Positions 49,500-63,351 of a stretch of DNA of 64,000 bases are shown here, one piece after another. Location of the stretch: assembly GCA_010093815.1 (NCBI GenBank), contig ML996565.1. One strand, written 5' to 3'. The DNA is from Pseudovirgaria hyperparasitica (lineage: Eukaryota). The notes beneath the pieces were generated by a model, which worked only from the letters and a program-made list of their open reading frames with translations, did no database searches and had not been told where the DNA came from. How positions within the stretch are numbered: position 1 is the stretch's first letter; each line of letters starts with the position of its first letter. The position numbers and the translations under genes are program-made.

Positions 49500-51141
49500 C
49501 GATTCAAAGCAGCATGGATCGTTGGAATAAACAGAATCGCGTTCACCAGCGCAGAAGCTGTTTCACAGAGTTGCATCGGAGCGGGACGAGAATATCCCTC
49601 AAGCAAAGGAGCTTCCCAATGCCTCGCTCTAAGGAGAAAGATGACGAGCATCCCTGAGGTGAGTACGTAGTTTTGTCGTAATACTCAATGCGGTTGAGAG
49701 TCTATCAACACTTTGAAAGACTTTATCGCAGCGATGTAGACGCATATACAATAAGAGTTCAGGGCGACATGCATTACGATGAGGCTTGAGTAGTGGTTAC
49801 AACCACACCTGTTGCCAAGGGGAACCACGGTCCGATCTTGCCGCATCCCGGCGTGCATATTAAAATAAAATGGCCTGACTTACCACGAACCTCTAGGTCA
49901 ATACATGTCGAATTCCACAGCCAGACAGACAATCAAAGTCAGAAAGTGTACATCATTCCCAAATTCGAGCAATCTACTTTACAGAACGTCCCTTATAGAT
50001 GTTATTACAGTTGGACATCAAGATCAGGAGACAGCTTCAAGATGTCTGCAAATGAGCTCATCTGAAATGTCTCGCCATCGCAACAAAGCATGATAGACGA
50101 GCCCAATAGCTGCAAGCCCCTCTCCCCTATCCGAGGGACGCGAACGACATACGCACACATACGATAATTACACCTCTAGTCAGACTATAGAACACCTCAA
50201 ATCTTGCATTTGTCTCACTACCAGTAATACCAACACAATCGACTAGACGAATATACAAGGTGTCAATTCCTTAGCGCACCAGTGAAACGCATGTAGGCCT
50301 CAGCCTCGTGACGGCCGCATCGTTTTGGCCCGACATAGCCCCTCAGAAGCATGTAAGCTTACGTATGTGCCGTTCTGGTATAGGCTCTCCAACTTAGATA
50401 GCGCATAGTGTAAGCCCAGTGTCGACCCATTCCTCCACTTCCACCCAACCAAAGCCAGGTCAATCGGAATCCCGCATCCTACAGGTCCTCCATTTTCAAG
50501 TAAACCGGGAAATAACTACTCTGCCACATATTCGGTGCGAAGTAGGGTCCACACTGCAGGTATGCGTGGAAGCCTGTAATACACGCTTTTTTTCCTTTTG
50601 GGGTCTAGCAGATCATGGGTGTGGCTGTGGTTTGTGTATGCTGACGCTGATGTCTTCTGTATACATATACACATCCGCTGCGACTTCCTAGTCTCACAGT
50701 TTTTTAGACTTCTCTCTGTTTTTTATTTGTGTCTTGCGAGTATATTCTTGGATTTGCTTGTAACTACAGACAGCATATGACATCTTCAGTCGACACGGGA
50801 ATCAATTCAGTCATCGCCAGCTATCGTATTCACACTCCGCAGCGCCCCGAATACGCATCTCCGACACCTTCCGCAGTGTGATACCGCATCGCATCACATC
50901 GTATCAGCATACGAAGTTCGCATCCGGATCTTGCCCAGCAGTTCCTCTCGGCCAGAACATCAAAAACAAACACACAAGTACTCTTGTGATTAATCCTCCT
51001 CTTGGACCAAATCACACACACACACCCCGTGGGTCACGCTCACTCCAGAAACCCGCCATCATTCCGCAACTCTCCTGTATCTGTAACATCTCATCGCCTC
51101 GCTCCACCACCCACCCAACTCTGTTCTCTTCGCAACATAAC

Positions 51142-51510
51142 ATGCCGCCCCTCGCCCTCGCCCTCGCAGCTATCCTGAGCGACTACCACCACCACAACCA
51201 CTACAACCACCACAACGACCATCCACCACACCAACCCGCAACAGCAAACCCATGGCCATCCCACCCTCCACACAGCACACACCTCCCCGCCGCGCCATGG
51301 GCGCTAGTACATTTAAATCTCTTCCTGGCGTTGTGGGTAGTGTATCTAGGTGCGTGGCTGGCGTGGTTGTATTGGAGGGGGTTGTTGAAGGGAGTGGGGG
51401 ATGTGCTCGGGCTTGAAGTGTTGGGAGGGACGGCGAACAGGTTTTCGAGGAGTAGAGGCGAACGAGGGGAGATAGGTATGAAGGCTGTGTTAGCGCAGAA
51501 GCGAGGATGA
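51142..51510 (+). CDS. Possible small membrane protein (122 aa) with a His-rich N-terminus
   Basis: aacATG start, His/Asn/Pro tract and one strong Trp-rich transmembrane segment (LFLALWVVYLGAWLAWLYW). No family recognised. Confidence 0.4.
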   Translation: MPPLALALAAILSDYHHHNHYNHHNDHPPHQPATANPWPSHPPHSTHLPAAPWALVHLNLFLALWVVYLGAWLAWLYWRGLLKGVGDVLGLEVLGGTANRFSRSRGERGEIGMKAVLAQKRG

Positions 51511-51799
51511 TAGATAGGGTGGGAATGTTTTTGATTTGATTTGATATGTTCTGATGTTGATGCTGGATGTGTTCTAGCATACGCCGCCAACGCCGTCGCT
51601 GAAGATCAAGATGAATCTGGAGATGAGGATGTTGAAGAAGAAGATGAAGCTGCTCTGTAAAAGTGCATGCCGGGACGCAAAGTCGTCGAGAGCATCACTC
51701 ATTCGTCAGCCCACCTATGCTTCCGTTCCGTCCGAGCATGCCACTGAACCGTCTGCTCAACCCGTGAGCCTTCCTCTACCATCTATCAAGGTAACAAGC

Positions 51800-52821
51800 T
51801 CAGTCCTGATACTCCTCGATGCGCCACTCCTCCGCCCCATCGCCAACCACAAACGAGTACGTCTCAAACTCGATCATCTCATACAAGTCACGCCCCGCAC
51901 GGCGCGCCTTGGCATGCCACGGCCCGCGTCCACCGAGTCGCGCGTCCTCGCGATTACGCCAGAGACCTGTGCACCTGTTAGAACATACACACACAGATCC
52001 ACATCTACATCTCTCTCCTGCCCGACACTCCCATCCGCCAGTCGACTGAGGACAACAAAGAAACAATGCGGCAAAAACTCACAAGTCGCAAGATTCCGCC
52101 TCTCCGCATCCGGCTTCCCAAACCAATACTTCAGCAACCCACCACTCCTTGTCGCCTCCCGATGACTCATCGCATCGACCTCGTACAAGAAATCCTCGTC
52201 CACGACCTCACGCAGCCGCGACCGAAACACCACGAGATAGAACGCTTGCGTCGTCCACACGTGGCCTGCTGGGGTAGCATCAGCACAGAGACGGCGCAGC
52301 GTGGCGAGAACGTCGTGGAAGTTGAGAGAGGCGCCGTAGGGTGCGGTGGCGTAGTCTGGGCGGGTGGGACGGAGGGTGGTGAGGGCGCGGGCGAAGAGGG
52401 CGCATTGGAGGTCTAGGGTGCGGAGGTCGAGGAGGTGGAGGGGGTGGTTGTAGGGGGAGGAGATGAGGTAGGGGGAGAGGGGTGTTGAGGGGGTGGAGGG
52501 GGTGAGTTGGATGGAGGCGGCGGCGTCGAAGCGGAGTGGGTCGAAGGCGGTGGGCGCGGCGGAGTGGTGGAGGACGTGGTAGGGGGAGGGGAGGAGGTTG
52601 GTGTTGGTGGTGGTGTTGGTGATGTCGGTGTCGGTGTTGATGAAGTCGTCGTCGGGGTCCAAGGCTGGATGGGTGTCCGAGTCCTGGATGGACGAGTCGG
52701 TGAGTAAATCGGTGTGTATGGATATGTCTGATGAGGTGATTGGGGGTGCCTGTTTGATAGGAGTCTTGATATCAAATACTGGCAACGTGTCTGCATCGTC
52801 GAATTCGAGTGTCGGGGCCAT
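51800..52821 (-). CDS. Conserved fungal protein, UPF0643-like (2 exons)
   Basis: Motifs LISSPYN, FYLVVFRS, DAMSHREATRSGGLLKYWFG and NLATC|LWRNREDARLGGRGPWH. Intron starts GTGAGT at ~52083. Confidence 0.8.
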
Positions 52822-53644
52822 GATGAAGGATATGAGTATGATAAGTAAGAAGCTTCTAAAGTTGTAGGAAGAAAGCCAAAGAAGGAAGCTTTATACTAAG
52901 TATTATGTAGAAGTAGTACAGCTGTTAACAGAACAGCAGAAGTACTTGTGTACGTCCATACACGAGTGAATGCCGACGGGCGATTACGTTAGGCCCTTGT
53001 TGTAGCACGCCATTCTCACCGACTATGTTGATGCCATCAAGCACTATCATTACTGATAAGCACAAATGCCCATTTGCAGATGGGTAGGAGTTAGCCATGC
53101 TAATATGATGAACCAGAGCTGTCGTATCATCACTTGTGCGCGGTCGTGACCTCGAGAGCCAAGTCCTAGTACCACGAAGAGTTCACCTAGTATGTGTAAG
53201 GAGCCTAAGAGAAGCATCCATGTGTAGATGAATCTTCAACCGTGCAACAGTCTAATAGAAGAGAACATGGATTCGTGGCGAGTATGGCGCCATTTGCCGA
53301 CTTTCTTTCGTCACGGGGAAAATCTGACGGAAAGTAGAGGATCATGCTGGCACTTGAAACAGAACGGCTGTTTGGAGGTCGAAGCTTCGACGACGCTTGC
53401 TTTGTCAGCGTTGACTACATGAAGTATCCATCGGATGATCTTGGAGGCTGGCGATCGGCGAAGGGATCAGGCATCAAGGCCACACGCAAAGTTCGCAGAA
53501 CAATCTATATGATTCCTCACGTCTATATACTCACTGGGTATGATCACGTCTAAGCTCTCCTCGAACGCCAGAAGATAAGAATGGTATCGATGGAATGCGG
53601 CCCAAAAAAAGAAATCTATTTAATGCACTCAGGCAGTCATGTTC

Positions 53645-55024
53645 TCATGCCGACCAATCTCTTGTCGCAGCTCCCTTGAGATCATCGACGTTGAGGTAAT
53701 CAACACGCTCCTTGATAAGCACGTCCCAGATATGATTGCGATAACCTACAGGCCAAGTCGGTGTGTCCCAGTACCTGACCTTGAGCCCGCGTCGTTGTGC
53801 GCCTTGGACTTGTCCTCGAATGATGTTCATCTGCTTGGCGGAGAGCTGTCCGCCCCAGAGGATGCCCATGGCAGATCCAAAAGAGACACTTGCATAGTAC
53901 GAGTTCGATTCGTCAAAGTCCGTGCCCTCAGAAACTCCATTGTGTCCTTGTCCGCGAGCTTCGAGTCTTGTTGCTGCCTCGTCAGGAGTCTCGTAGAAGG
54001 ACTCGAGAGGTGCATCAAAGAAGATGTCGCGCGTAGAATTGGCCACAACCAGATCGAATGGCGCATTCCCTGTGGCTACCACTGTGATTGCTCTCTCGTG
54101 CTTGACGCTGCCATCCCAGTACGAGAGATAGCCTTTTGATCGTAGAGGCTCCAGCTGTGAGTAGACATGTGGCCAGATATCGGCACCGTTGTTCTTGAAA
54201 TCGACCAATAGAACCAGGGTCTGGTCAGGATCTGCATCGAAAACGCCCTGATGCGTTGCATTTGCGAATTCAGTGGTAGGATTTTGACGATCGAGAATGT
54301 CCAGCAGAGGATCAACGTACAAACTGCGAAAGGTGCGCTTCTTCGTCAGTGAGGCAGTGTTGTGGCCAACGAACAGCTCATTGTCAAACAGCCATACATC
54401 GGCTTCAACGCCTGTGCAGCCATAATGAAGGGCCTGGAATAGCGGCACGCGACGCCAGTAGTCGTTGTGGGAGTGACATGGAATCGGAAGCACGTTCTGT
54501 GTGAAGTCCGTCGGATACTCGGCCAGGCCCTCCCCGATATGGCCCGGCCGTCCATAGTCGGGAAGAAAGTCGTCGAACTCGTACTCGAACAAAGCCGAGC
54601 CGAATCCCAAGGCCACTTCAATCATATGTATAAGGCCCCTATGCAAACGTCAGTACAGTAACAAGCGTGGCCATAGATTTAATACTGACAGGGTCATCAG
54701 GACCAAGACCGGTATGCCTATGCAGATACGTCTACACCACACGCATTTCCGTGAAGCTTTTGGCCGGTCTGATTCACTGAGCGCTATGCGCTTTGGGCGT
54801 CGAAAACGCTGACGAAGTGTCATGATGAACCGCGAGCACCTGTTAGTGGGAGTTGGAGCAGTGTCATAGGGTCCATGCTCCTCGTCGGATGCTGAAGTCT
54901 GGTCGAGAAGCGGAAATTCGGTATCGTCACGGTCGTCTTTGTATGGGCTGAATGTAGGAACTGGTGATGCAGAAGGACTGACGAGCGTTGCGAGCGAGTC
55001 GGTACGAGAAGGTCTGCTAGCCAT
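53645..55024 (-). CDS. AIM6: PLC-like phosphodiesterase, Aim6 family, with N-terminal transmembrane anchor (2 exons)
   Basis: Motifs PCHSHNDYWR, GVEADVW, LYVDPL, LLVDFK, RYWDTP and LNVDDL. One intron near 54641-54688. Confidence 0.88.
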
Positions 55025-56424
55025 GATGTCTACCGGAACAGGATCGGGAAAAACTCGGAGATATGTCCGATGTCGAATGTGGCCAGATCAGGGGGTCGAA
55101 GGGTATATATACGGACAAATAGAGCTACAGGAAATGATAGGATGTCTGAACAGGGCAGATAGGTGAGGCAAAGAAAAGATAGTGGATAAAAGGGTCAGTT
55201 CAGTTCAGTTCTGTTCTGTTCTGTTTGGTTGATATCGTCGTCGCTCTATGCCAAGCTCTTTCCTGAAGCGGACCGCGGTGGCTTGACGGGCGGAGCCTTC
55301 CAATCGATAAGAAATGAACGACGCAGGGCCTGCCCAGTGCCGATGCTAAGAGATGGGGTGGAATATGAGGACGGTAAGGAAGTATGCAGAACGAGGTGGA
55401 GGAGCAATATCAAATTACTTTTATGCAAGGGACGGAGGGAGAGAAAAGAAGATTGTTGGGAGGGATGGGACGCGGCACGAAGTATAATACAAAGCAGGGA
55501 GAAGGCTGCAGCCGCTGCACACTGCTCACTACACACTGCACACTGCACACTGCTGCAGGGCAGCATACTACAACCAACTTTAGCACAGACTACATACATG
55601 AATAGTAAGTGACACTGTTCAGCGACAGGGCAGTGGGTATCTGGACGTCTGGCCCCAAGCGGCGCTGCGTCTCAACCAGTCTTTTACGGGCGTGTTGGTG
55701 CCAAAGCGTCCTGTATGTTGCCTCCTTCAGCTTAGCTAAGAAGCCGGCTGTTAAGGCACGCGGGCCAGGGACCAGGCGAGCGCGAGCTACTAAAGTAGGT
55801 TTAGATGGCGCATTCACCTGCTTCAGGCAGGGTAGTGATATATCCCGTTGTTTAGTTCTGCTCTAATGACATTCCGCTCAGCCATCTGTAGATCTGTCGT
55901 TAACAGAAATATGTACTCGTTGTCGTTGTCGCTGTATGCTTGGCCAGTCTATTACAAGCTGCAAGCAGGGCCAGTCATGCCTCCACGCCCGCCTCCACTC
56001 TGTTGACTGCTTTGTCGCCCCACTAAGGCAGCAGACAGACAGCACGTTTCATGTCCCCGTGTCTTGACTACCGCAACTACGGGCCTCGGGCGTCTGTCAG
56101 CTGCTGCATTTCCATCTCACATGCCTGAGGGAGTTATGGTTCAACACGCTGAGTAGGTAATCATCTGTGTGCACTTATTCAGTAGTATGTCAACAGTGTG
56201 ATGTGAATGTGATGCATGGGCATTGGGCGGCGCGTCTGTTGCTTTTGCTTCTTCCGCCCACGTGTTACGTGGGCACGCGGCTGCATCGTGCCTGGACTGG
56301 CGCAGTTCATGATGACATATACGCAACAGCACCCACTTACCGCTAAAAAAAGTCTCGACCTCATGCCAGTAACTATTACGCGCGACAGAAGTTACTGCTA
56401 CTGCTGCACACCCACTACGTGACG

Positions 56425-57368
56425 ATGCCACACAAACACACAAGGGCCAAGAAGGCTGACAACTCCATGTATGTTTCATTCTATCTGCTCTGCCATCCAC
56501 TGCTCACCTCTTTCCCCACAGCTATGATCTGCCTCCAAACGTCGTTGCCAAGCCTCTTCCCACAAACAAATCTGCCGCGAAACTAAGTGATAATTTCAAC
56601 TCAAAGAGGCGGAAAGGAAAGAAAAGCTCTGCGCCCACATCCGACTATGGCCACGATGACACGCCTAAAGCTTTTGCCCGATTAATGTCATACAAGAATG
56701 GAAAGGCCCCACGAAACGGCCTGGACGATGGTGCTCCTGCCAAAGCTCAAAAACGGAAACGTGACGCTGAAATCGATGAGAAGCCTGCTATACCAAAGAT
56801 GCTCCCCGGAGAGCGCATGTCAGAATATTCCGCGAGGGTCGACCAAGCCCTGCCAATATCAGGCCTTGTTAGCAAAGGCAAAAAACTGCCTGGAGTGAAG
56901 GAGCACCTGACCAAGCACGACAAGAGACTGCGGAGGATCCAAGCTGTGTGGCGCAAAGAGGAGGCTGAGATCAAGGAAAAGGAAGAGGAGGAGCTTGAGC
57001 AGCTAGAGGAAGAGGAGGAAAATCTGAAAGCACTGCTAGCAGAGAACAAGATCGAGCTACCACAAAGCAAGCGAGGCAAGAGGCGAAAAATGGTCGGAGA
57101 GCAGGACGACGGAGACGATGATCCCTGGGCCGCTCTCAAGGACAAGAGAGAGAAGCCGAAAGGTCTCCACGATGTCGTGCAGGCTCCACCTGAGTTCTCC
57201 GCCGTTCCGAAGGAGAAGTTCAAGGTCCGCAATGGGGCAAAGGTACACGTAGACGACGTCCCGAACGCCGCAGGCAGTCTCAGACGGAGAGAGGAGCTAG
57301 GAGAGGCTCGAAAGGACATTATTGCAAATTACAGAGCCATGATGCGGAACCGTGGAAAACCCTCATGA
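56425..57368 (+). CDS. Conserved basic/coiled-coil nucleolar-type protein, CCDC137-like (2 exons)
   Basis: MPHKH exon, GTATGT intron at ~56468-56521, then YDLPP, DDTPKAFARLM, PGERMSEYSARVD, DVVQAPP and RKDIIANYRAM. Confidence 0.78.
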
Positions 57369-57641
57369 TATGTCACCAGAATTCGCCTACACGCGCGATA
57401 AACTTCGATCAACGGGTCAATTCACGGGTGTTTGTCTAAGCTTTCTCTACTTCTGCACTAGAGATAGTACCCGAGCAGAAAAGCTTGGTTCCACCAAACA
57501 CGGCGGCGGCACAGCGGCATCGACAAGGCATACACTCCATTGTTGAGGACGTCCTTGTTTTGCGCGACTTAATCTATACCTAGCATGCAAGACGCGCGGC
57601 CAAGGGCCTACCAAGACGGCCAGTCTATAGAAAGCACGGGC

Positions 57642-59033
57642 CTACGCCTTGAGAACCTCACCCAGAACCTTCAGAAGACCCTGAACCTCCTCCACTACAC
57701 GGGTACTCAGTCAGCAAACACAGGAGGCCCAATTTCGAACCAGAAGACTTACAAGTGTTATAATGCACCAGACTTATTCTCACTGCCCCATCATCTCCCT
57801 TGCCCCACAGACCCTCCACCAAGCGATGCGTATACATATGCCCCCACCGAAACCCATACGCACTCCTCTTCTCTACCTCCAGCACAACATCCTCGCTCTT
57901 CCACCCCTCCACCCAAAAGCTAATGACCGGTACCCGCAGCTCTTTATCCGCCACTGGCTGGCCCACGATCTGCACTCTCTTATCCTTCTCCAAAAATTCT
58001 ATGATTGGCTTCGTCAATTCTTCCTCGTGTGCAGCTATCGCATCCCACGTCTCCTTGGCTGGACTCAGATACGAGACGATGTGTGGTATGCTAGCTACCA
58101 GCTCGTATGAGCTGCCTGCGTGCCCAAGCTTGGTGTCAAGCGATTGTGTTTCTGGTGCACCTTTGAAGTAGTGCCCTTGGGATGTCATGTATTTCTGCGC
58201 CGCGCTGCTCGCGTACAACATGGAGATATGTGGCCCATATACTTTGTACCATGAAAAACAATAAAAGTCCACGCCCAGCGCCTTAACATCCACGGCTCGA
58301 TGCGGCGCATACGCCACGCCATCGACACAGAACAGCGCACCCGGCGCATGCGTTTTGATTGTCTTGCTCAGGGCAGCAATGTCGTGGATGCTGCCCAGGA
58401 TGTTACTCGTATGCGTGCACGCAACAAATTTCGTTCTGGGCGTGAGGAGCGGAATCAGGTTATCGGGGGCGTGTACCGGGTTGTACTTGGACGTGTCGTA
58501 CGAGCCTTTCCACCATACAATGCTTAGCTTGAGGAGTGCTGCCATGCGCACCCAGGCGCCGATGTTTGCCTCGTGGTCGAGCAGCGACAGGATGATCTCG
58601 TCGCCGGGCGAGAAGAACGAGTACAGCGATGTGGCGAGGTTGGCGAAGAGCTGGGTTGTCGCGCCGCCGAGCACTACATACCGTCAAATCAAGTTTCATC
58701 CGCGATGTCCCGGGCATGCTGAGCATGGCTTTTGGGCATTGTGTATATGAATGTGTCACGTGTGTGTGTATGTATATACGTACCGACTTCGTTGACATCT
58801 GCATTGATATACCCTGCTGCCGCGGCGTAGCCCTCGTTGTACTGACGGGTGCTTGTTGCTGAGACTGGGTATGTAGCGCCTAGCTGCACGTTCGTCGAGA
58901 GGAGATATGTGTGGATTGAGTCGGCCACGCTGGAGAGGGTTTGTGTGCCGCCGGCGTTGTCCATGTAGACTTGTTGCTGCGCGAGTGCGGGGAAGGCTTT
59001 ACGCGCTGTTGCGACGTCGAATTTGGATGCCAT
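57642..59033 (-). CDS. Class-V PLP aminotransferase / cysteine-desulfurase-like protein (3 exons)
   Basis: Motifs ARKAFPAL, YMDNAGGTQ, DHEANI, HTSNILG, VDGVAYAPH, FSWYKVYGPH and VRISLVHYNT|.EEV. Confidence 0.9.
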
Positions 59034-59851
59034 GGTGTGTGTGTTCGTGATGATGAGATGGACAGTGGGGTTTTTTTATGGTGGTGTTTTGCGTTATGTT
59101 GTTGTTTTGTTCTATGCAGAAGATGGAAATCCAATTGTGTTCTCTATATTTGATAATTATCGTCGAATGTTTATGTCTCCGGTGCTTCACAGGCTGTTAT
59201 ATATGGCGTGCGACTAGCCCGTAGCATGCCGCTATTTGTTTGACGCCTGCCATGATGTTACGTAGACGGAGCTGGGATATACACCGAGGAGGTGGGGGTT
59301 GGTGGGGAAGTTGGACCTCTTTGAACATCCGATGGATCAACCATCATCATATGTACACTATATATGACATCCCATGTTGACCATGCATAGCTTCCTCATA
59401 CGTACAACAGAGTCATGTCAAGAGATTAAACTGACGGAACGAGCAGTTCATCCTTGCACGCTCAATTAGGTGTCTATCGATCTGGTTTCGATATCTGGAG
59501 CCGTCTCTTCCACACTTGCTTTGTCTATTTCCATTATGTGAGAGAATCACGAGGACAGCCAACCTCGTTCTGTGCAGAGCGATCAAGATCTCCTATCAGC
59601 ACCTTGGAGAATGTGGACCCCCTTAGCCACATCTACACATCGATGTGGTCGCACAACACAGATATTGGTCGCTGTGAGCATGGTATTAACCCTTCCCCGC
59701 CTATTCAGCCGAGTTAGGCTGCTCTTATCCAGCAGAGCAGTCTTACGGCTCGCATATAAGTCGCGACGGTCACACCGAACCACTCTACAGAGCAAAACGA
59801 AGCCATGTCGTCCTGCCTTTCCTGACTCCCCAAAACAGCGTGTCACCAACC

Positions 59852-62845
59852 ATGTGGCTCATCGAGGTTGCCAGCGGCTCGCTCAGGGAGTTCATCGAAA
59901 AGCCACCCCCATACGCCATCCTCTCGCACCGCTGGGGCCGCTCCGAGGACGAGGTGCAGTTCAAAGACCTGATAGACGGCCGTCGGGCAGTCTGGTCGAT
60001 GCCTGGATATCACAAGATACGGCAGACGTGCAAGCGTGCTCGAGAGCATGGATTGGGATATGTGTGGATTGATACGTGCTGGTAAGGATCGAGACTGTCC
60101 TACTCTCCCCATCATATGGGAGATATGGTGAGGCATAGATCTGATTGAAGTTTGGGTAGTATCGACAAGTCGAGTAGTGCGGAGTTATCAGAAAGTATTA
60201 ATTCGATGTTTGAGTATTACCGTGCGGCTGTGGTGTGTTTTGTATATTTGAATGATGTCGATGGGCCGCGGCGGTCTGGAGACGGAAGTGGACAATCGAG
60301 GGCTCGGGATAGCGTAGCAGCTGTTGAGAGTCACGAATCAGATCGAGAAACAGGGTCCGGATCAGAGCACGGATCAGAGCATGACTCTGAATCTGTGCCA
60401 GAGGAGAGGTCAGCAGACGAACCTAGAGATGGAATCGAGGATGGCTCAGATGAGGAGTCAGGAGGCCATTTAAAGGTCAAAACAGAGATGGGCCCAGAGG
60501 ACGCTCAAGAAGGAGCTTTAGCAAATGAGCTGAATGGTGAGTCAAATGATGAACCAAATAATGCGCCAGACGAGGAGCCGGATGATGAACCAAAAGAGGA
60601 GCCAAAGAACGAGCCGGAGAAAGAACCAGAGAAAGGACCAGAGAAAGGACCAGAGAAAGGACCAGAGAAAGGACCAGAGAAAGGACCAGAGAAAGGACCA
60701 GAAAAAGGGCCAGAGAAAGGGCCAGAAAATGACCCAGAACATGAATCAGAAAATGAACCAGAAAACGAAAGCGTAGAGAAGTCAAGGAATACCGTGAAAG
60801 ATACACCAGACGACCAACCGGAAGACCAACTCGAAAAGCAACCAGGAGACCAACCACAAGCCGACGTTCCAAAGACCAACGGACTCGGCACGTTGCGAGA
60901 GGATCGCATCTTGGATGCGTTGAGAAATGCGGTCAAATACGCAAAACAGGGCTCTCCGGACTTCCGAGTAAAGGAAATCTTGGGAGACTCAACACAATCT
61001 AAATCAAATGATACAACAAACGATCCACAAGGTACGAAACTGTGGAAAGTAATAGAATACCTATCAGAGAATCACCCGGGGAACGCACTACGCGATGTAC
61101 TCTCTAGCTCCCCCGAGGTTAATGGAATGCCATCCAGTGTTGAGCCAGCACTCGAATCATTACCAAACCCTCCCATCCGTATATCTTCCAGCGAATGGTT
61201 CAGAAGGGCTTGGACATTGCAAGAGCTCCTAGCACCGATCCAGATCAAGTTTTACTCCAAAGACTGGACGTTCCTTGGGCCAAGAGATTCTCCTTTCATC
61301 ATAACTGAGATTCACAAAGCTACGTCGATCCACCAACGGTACTTCTTGCAACAGATTTCTATTGAATCTGCAAGTATCGCAGAAAGAATGTCATGGGCAG
61401 CGAATCGAGTAGCTACCCGCCCCGAGGATGTGTCCTATTCATTGCTTGGGATCTTTGGGATAAACATGCCTTTGCTGTACGGTGAGGGTCGTCTCAGAGC
61501 ATTTCAGCGTTTACAAGAAGTGATAATTGGTAATCATGATGATTACTCCGTCTTTGCGTGGGGCGAGGATGCTGGATTTTTGCATGAGGCAAACTTGTCT
61601 TATACCGACAGCAAGGGAAATGTACAAGACCCATACGCAACAGATCCTAGCCAATATGCCGGTTCTGCCCACATCATTGACGATGATATTAGCCACCACT
61701 TCGCCTGGTCTCGACCCTTCTCTGTCAACAGTAAAGGCGTCGAGCTTCAGCTCCCGTGTGCTCCATTGTTCTGGGACTATGGAGCTTTCGCGATACTACG
61801 GTGTCGTTTTAGAGGCCGTGAGAACACACACAACCTCGTCGCCATTAGGGTGCTTCTACAGAATGAGTCGAGCGAAGTTCTGCGAATTGGCACGTTGTTC
61901 TATCGTATAAGTCGTGATTTCTTGACTTCCTGCTCTCTCGACCGACGAATATGGCTACGTAGTCATGGCTACCACAAGATCATTCCAACCCTGGATGCTG
62001 CATATGCGAGACCAGCGGGTATTCTCATTCGGACTCTCCCTCGTATATGGTCCATCGAAAAGGTTGCAGATGGTGCGAATTGGGATGCAACAACGAGGAT
62101 TGTCAGTCCATATCAAGGCTTGAAGGTTGACCTCTGTCTGGCGGAGATTCATTTGCGGAACAAAAAGAATTTCCAAGGGGTAGTAGTCATGTGCGGGTAT
62201 ATGAGCCATGGTCATAACTATCCCATGCTCTGGATCAACATACGCACTGTCAATGGCTACGAGCAATCTACAGGGTGTCGCTTCGGAGACTCTAGCGAGC
62301 GATCAATTAGAGGCTATATATGCTGCGCTGCTGGCACTGACTCAGCCTACGTAAAAGGCAAAGTTCCTCGTATAACACAGCGCAATTTCCGGAAATGTCT
62401 GCTTACCGGTGCAGACTTCTTGACACTGGAAGACCATCTGAAGAGAGCAGCTTGGTTCAAGCCCGGTGTCTTGACGCACCAACGCCATGGGCTCAAGGTT
62501 TGTGCACCTGATGTGCGTCATAAGTTCTTCGTTCACGGTCAGAACGTGATCCCATTAGACATGGAATGTATCATGGAGGAGTTCAAGAGAACCACTGAAC
62601 AGACGCGTACAGTGCACCGCAGTCTTATCCATACTTTCCGTCTATACGATTCCGAAGATGATGAAAGCGCTAGCGACACAGACGCTGTACACAACGAGGC
62701 CAGCCAGGGGAAACCTGTATGCAGGTCGTCGGGGTGCCAGCCGGATTTTGTTCATCGGCACGAGTACTTCTCGACCTCGACTTTGAGTCATGTCGCGAAA
62801 CACCAAGGCACAACCACGAATGTCTTTTCTGATCATACCGTGTAA
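59852..62845 (+). CDS. HET-domain (heterokaryon incompatibility) protein with a large internal insertion (2 exons)
   Basis: Motifs YAILSHRWG, WIDTCC|IDKSSSAELSESINSMF, YLNDV, WFRRAWTLQELLAP, RMSWAA.R..TRPED and YGEG...AFQRLQ. Intron at 60082-60159. Confidence 0.9.
60614..60730 (+). repeat. 12-bp coding minisatellite (ccagagaaagga; PEKG x8)
   Basis: Six perfect units at 60626-60697 plus degenerate flanking units. Confidence 0.95.
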
Positions 62846-63351
62846 AGACGTGTTCTGAAATAGCAAATGTTGGACTCAGGATGATCATGCACGTTTTGAA
62901 TCCCATCATGGTGACCCATAGTATATATTCGAGGCAAACATGCCTTGAAGTACAGCAAGCTTAGCCTCTTGCTTAATGATCACGTAGCCCTGTCATAATA
63001 TGAAAGCGTACATGAATTACTTGATTGCCATGCTACAGGCGTTGGGAAAAGTTTTGAGCTCGAACTAAGGATCGATTCTGAGCTACCATACGACGTCATA
63101 TGCACGATGGTGAGATCATAGTGCAGTTGCTGCAAACAGCATGAAACGCAATTCAACTCAAAGAACATCGAATTCGACAACGTGGAGCCTATGGCCGCTG
63201 TATGATCAAGTTCAAGTGATATGAGAAGGCTGTTGAAAGCGGAAAATCCACCCGCTTTTTCTAACGACACTGTACATTTAGTTCTTGTTCCTATTTCTTT
63301 TCATACCATTTATGAATCGAGCAAGCTCATATTGTGCCTGGGGATTAGTTT

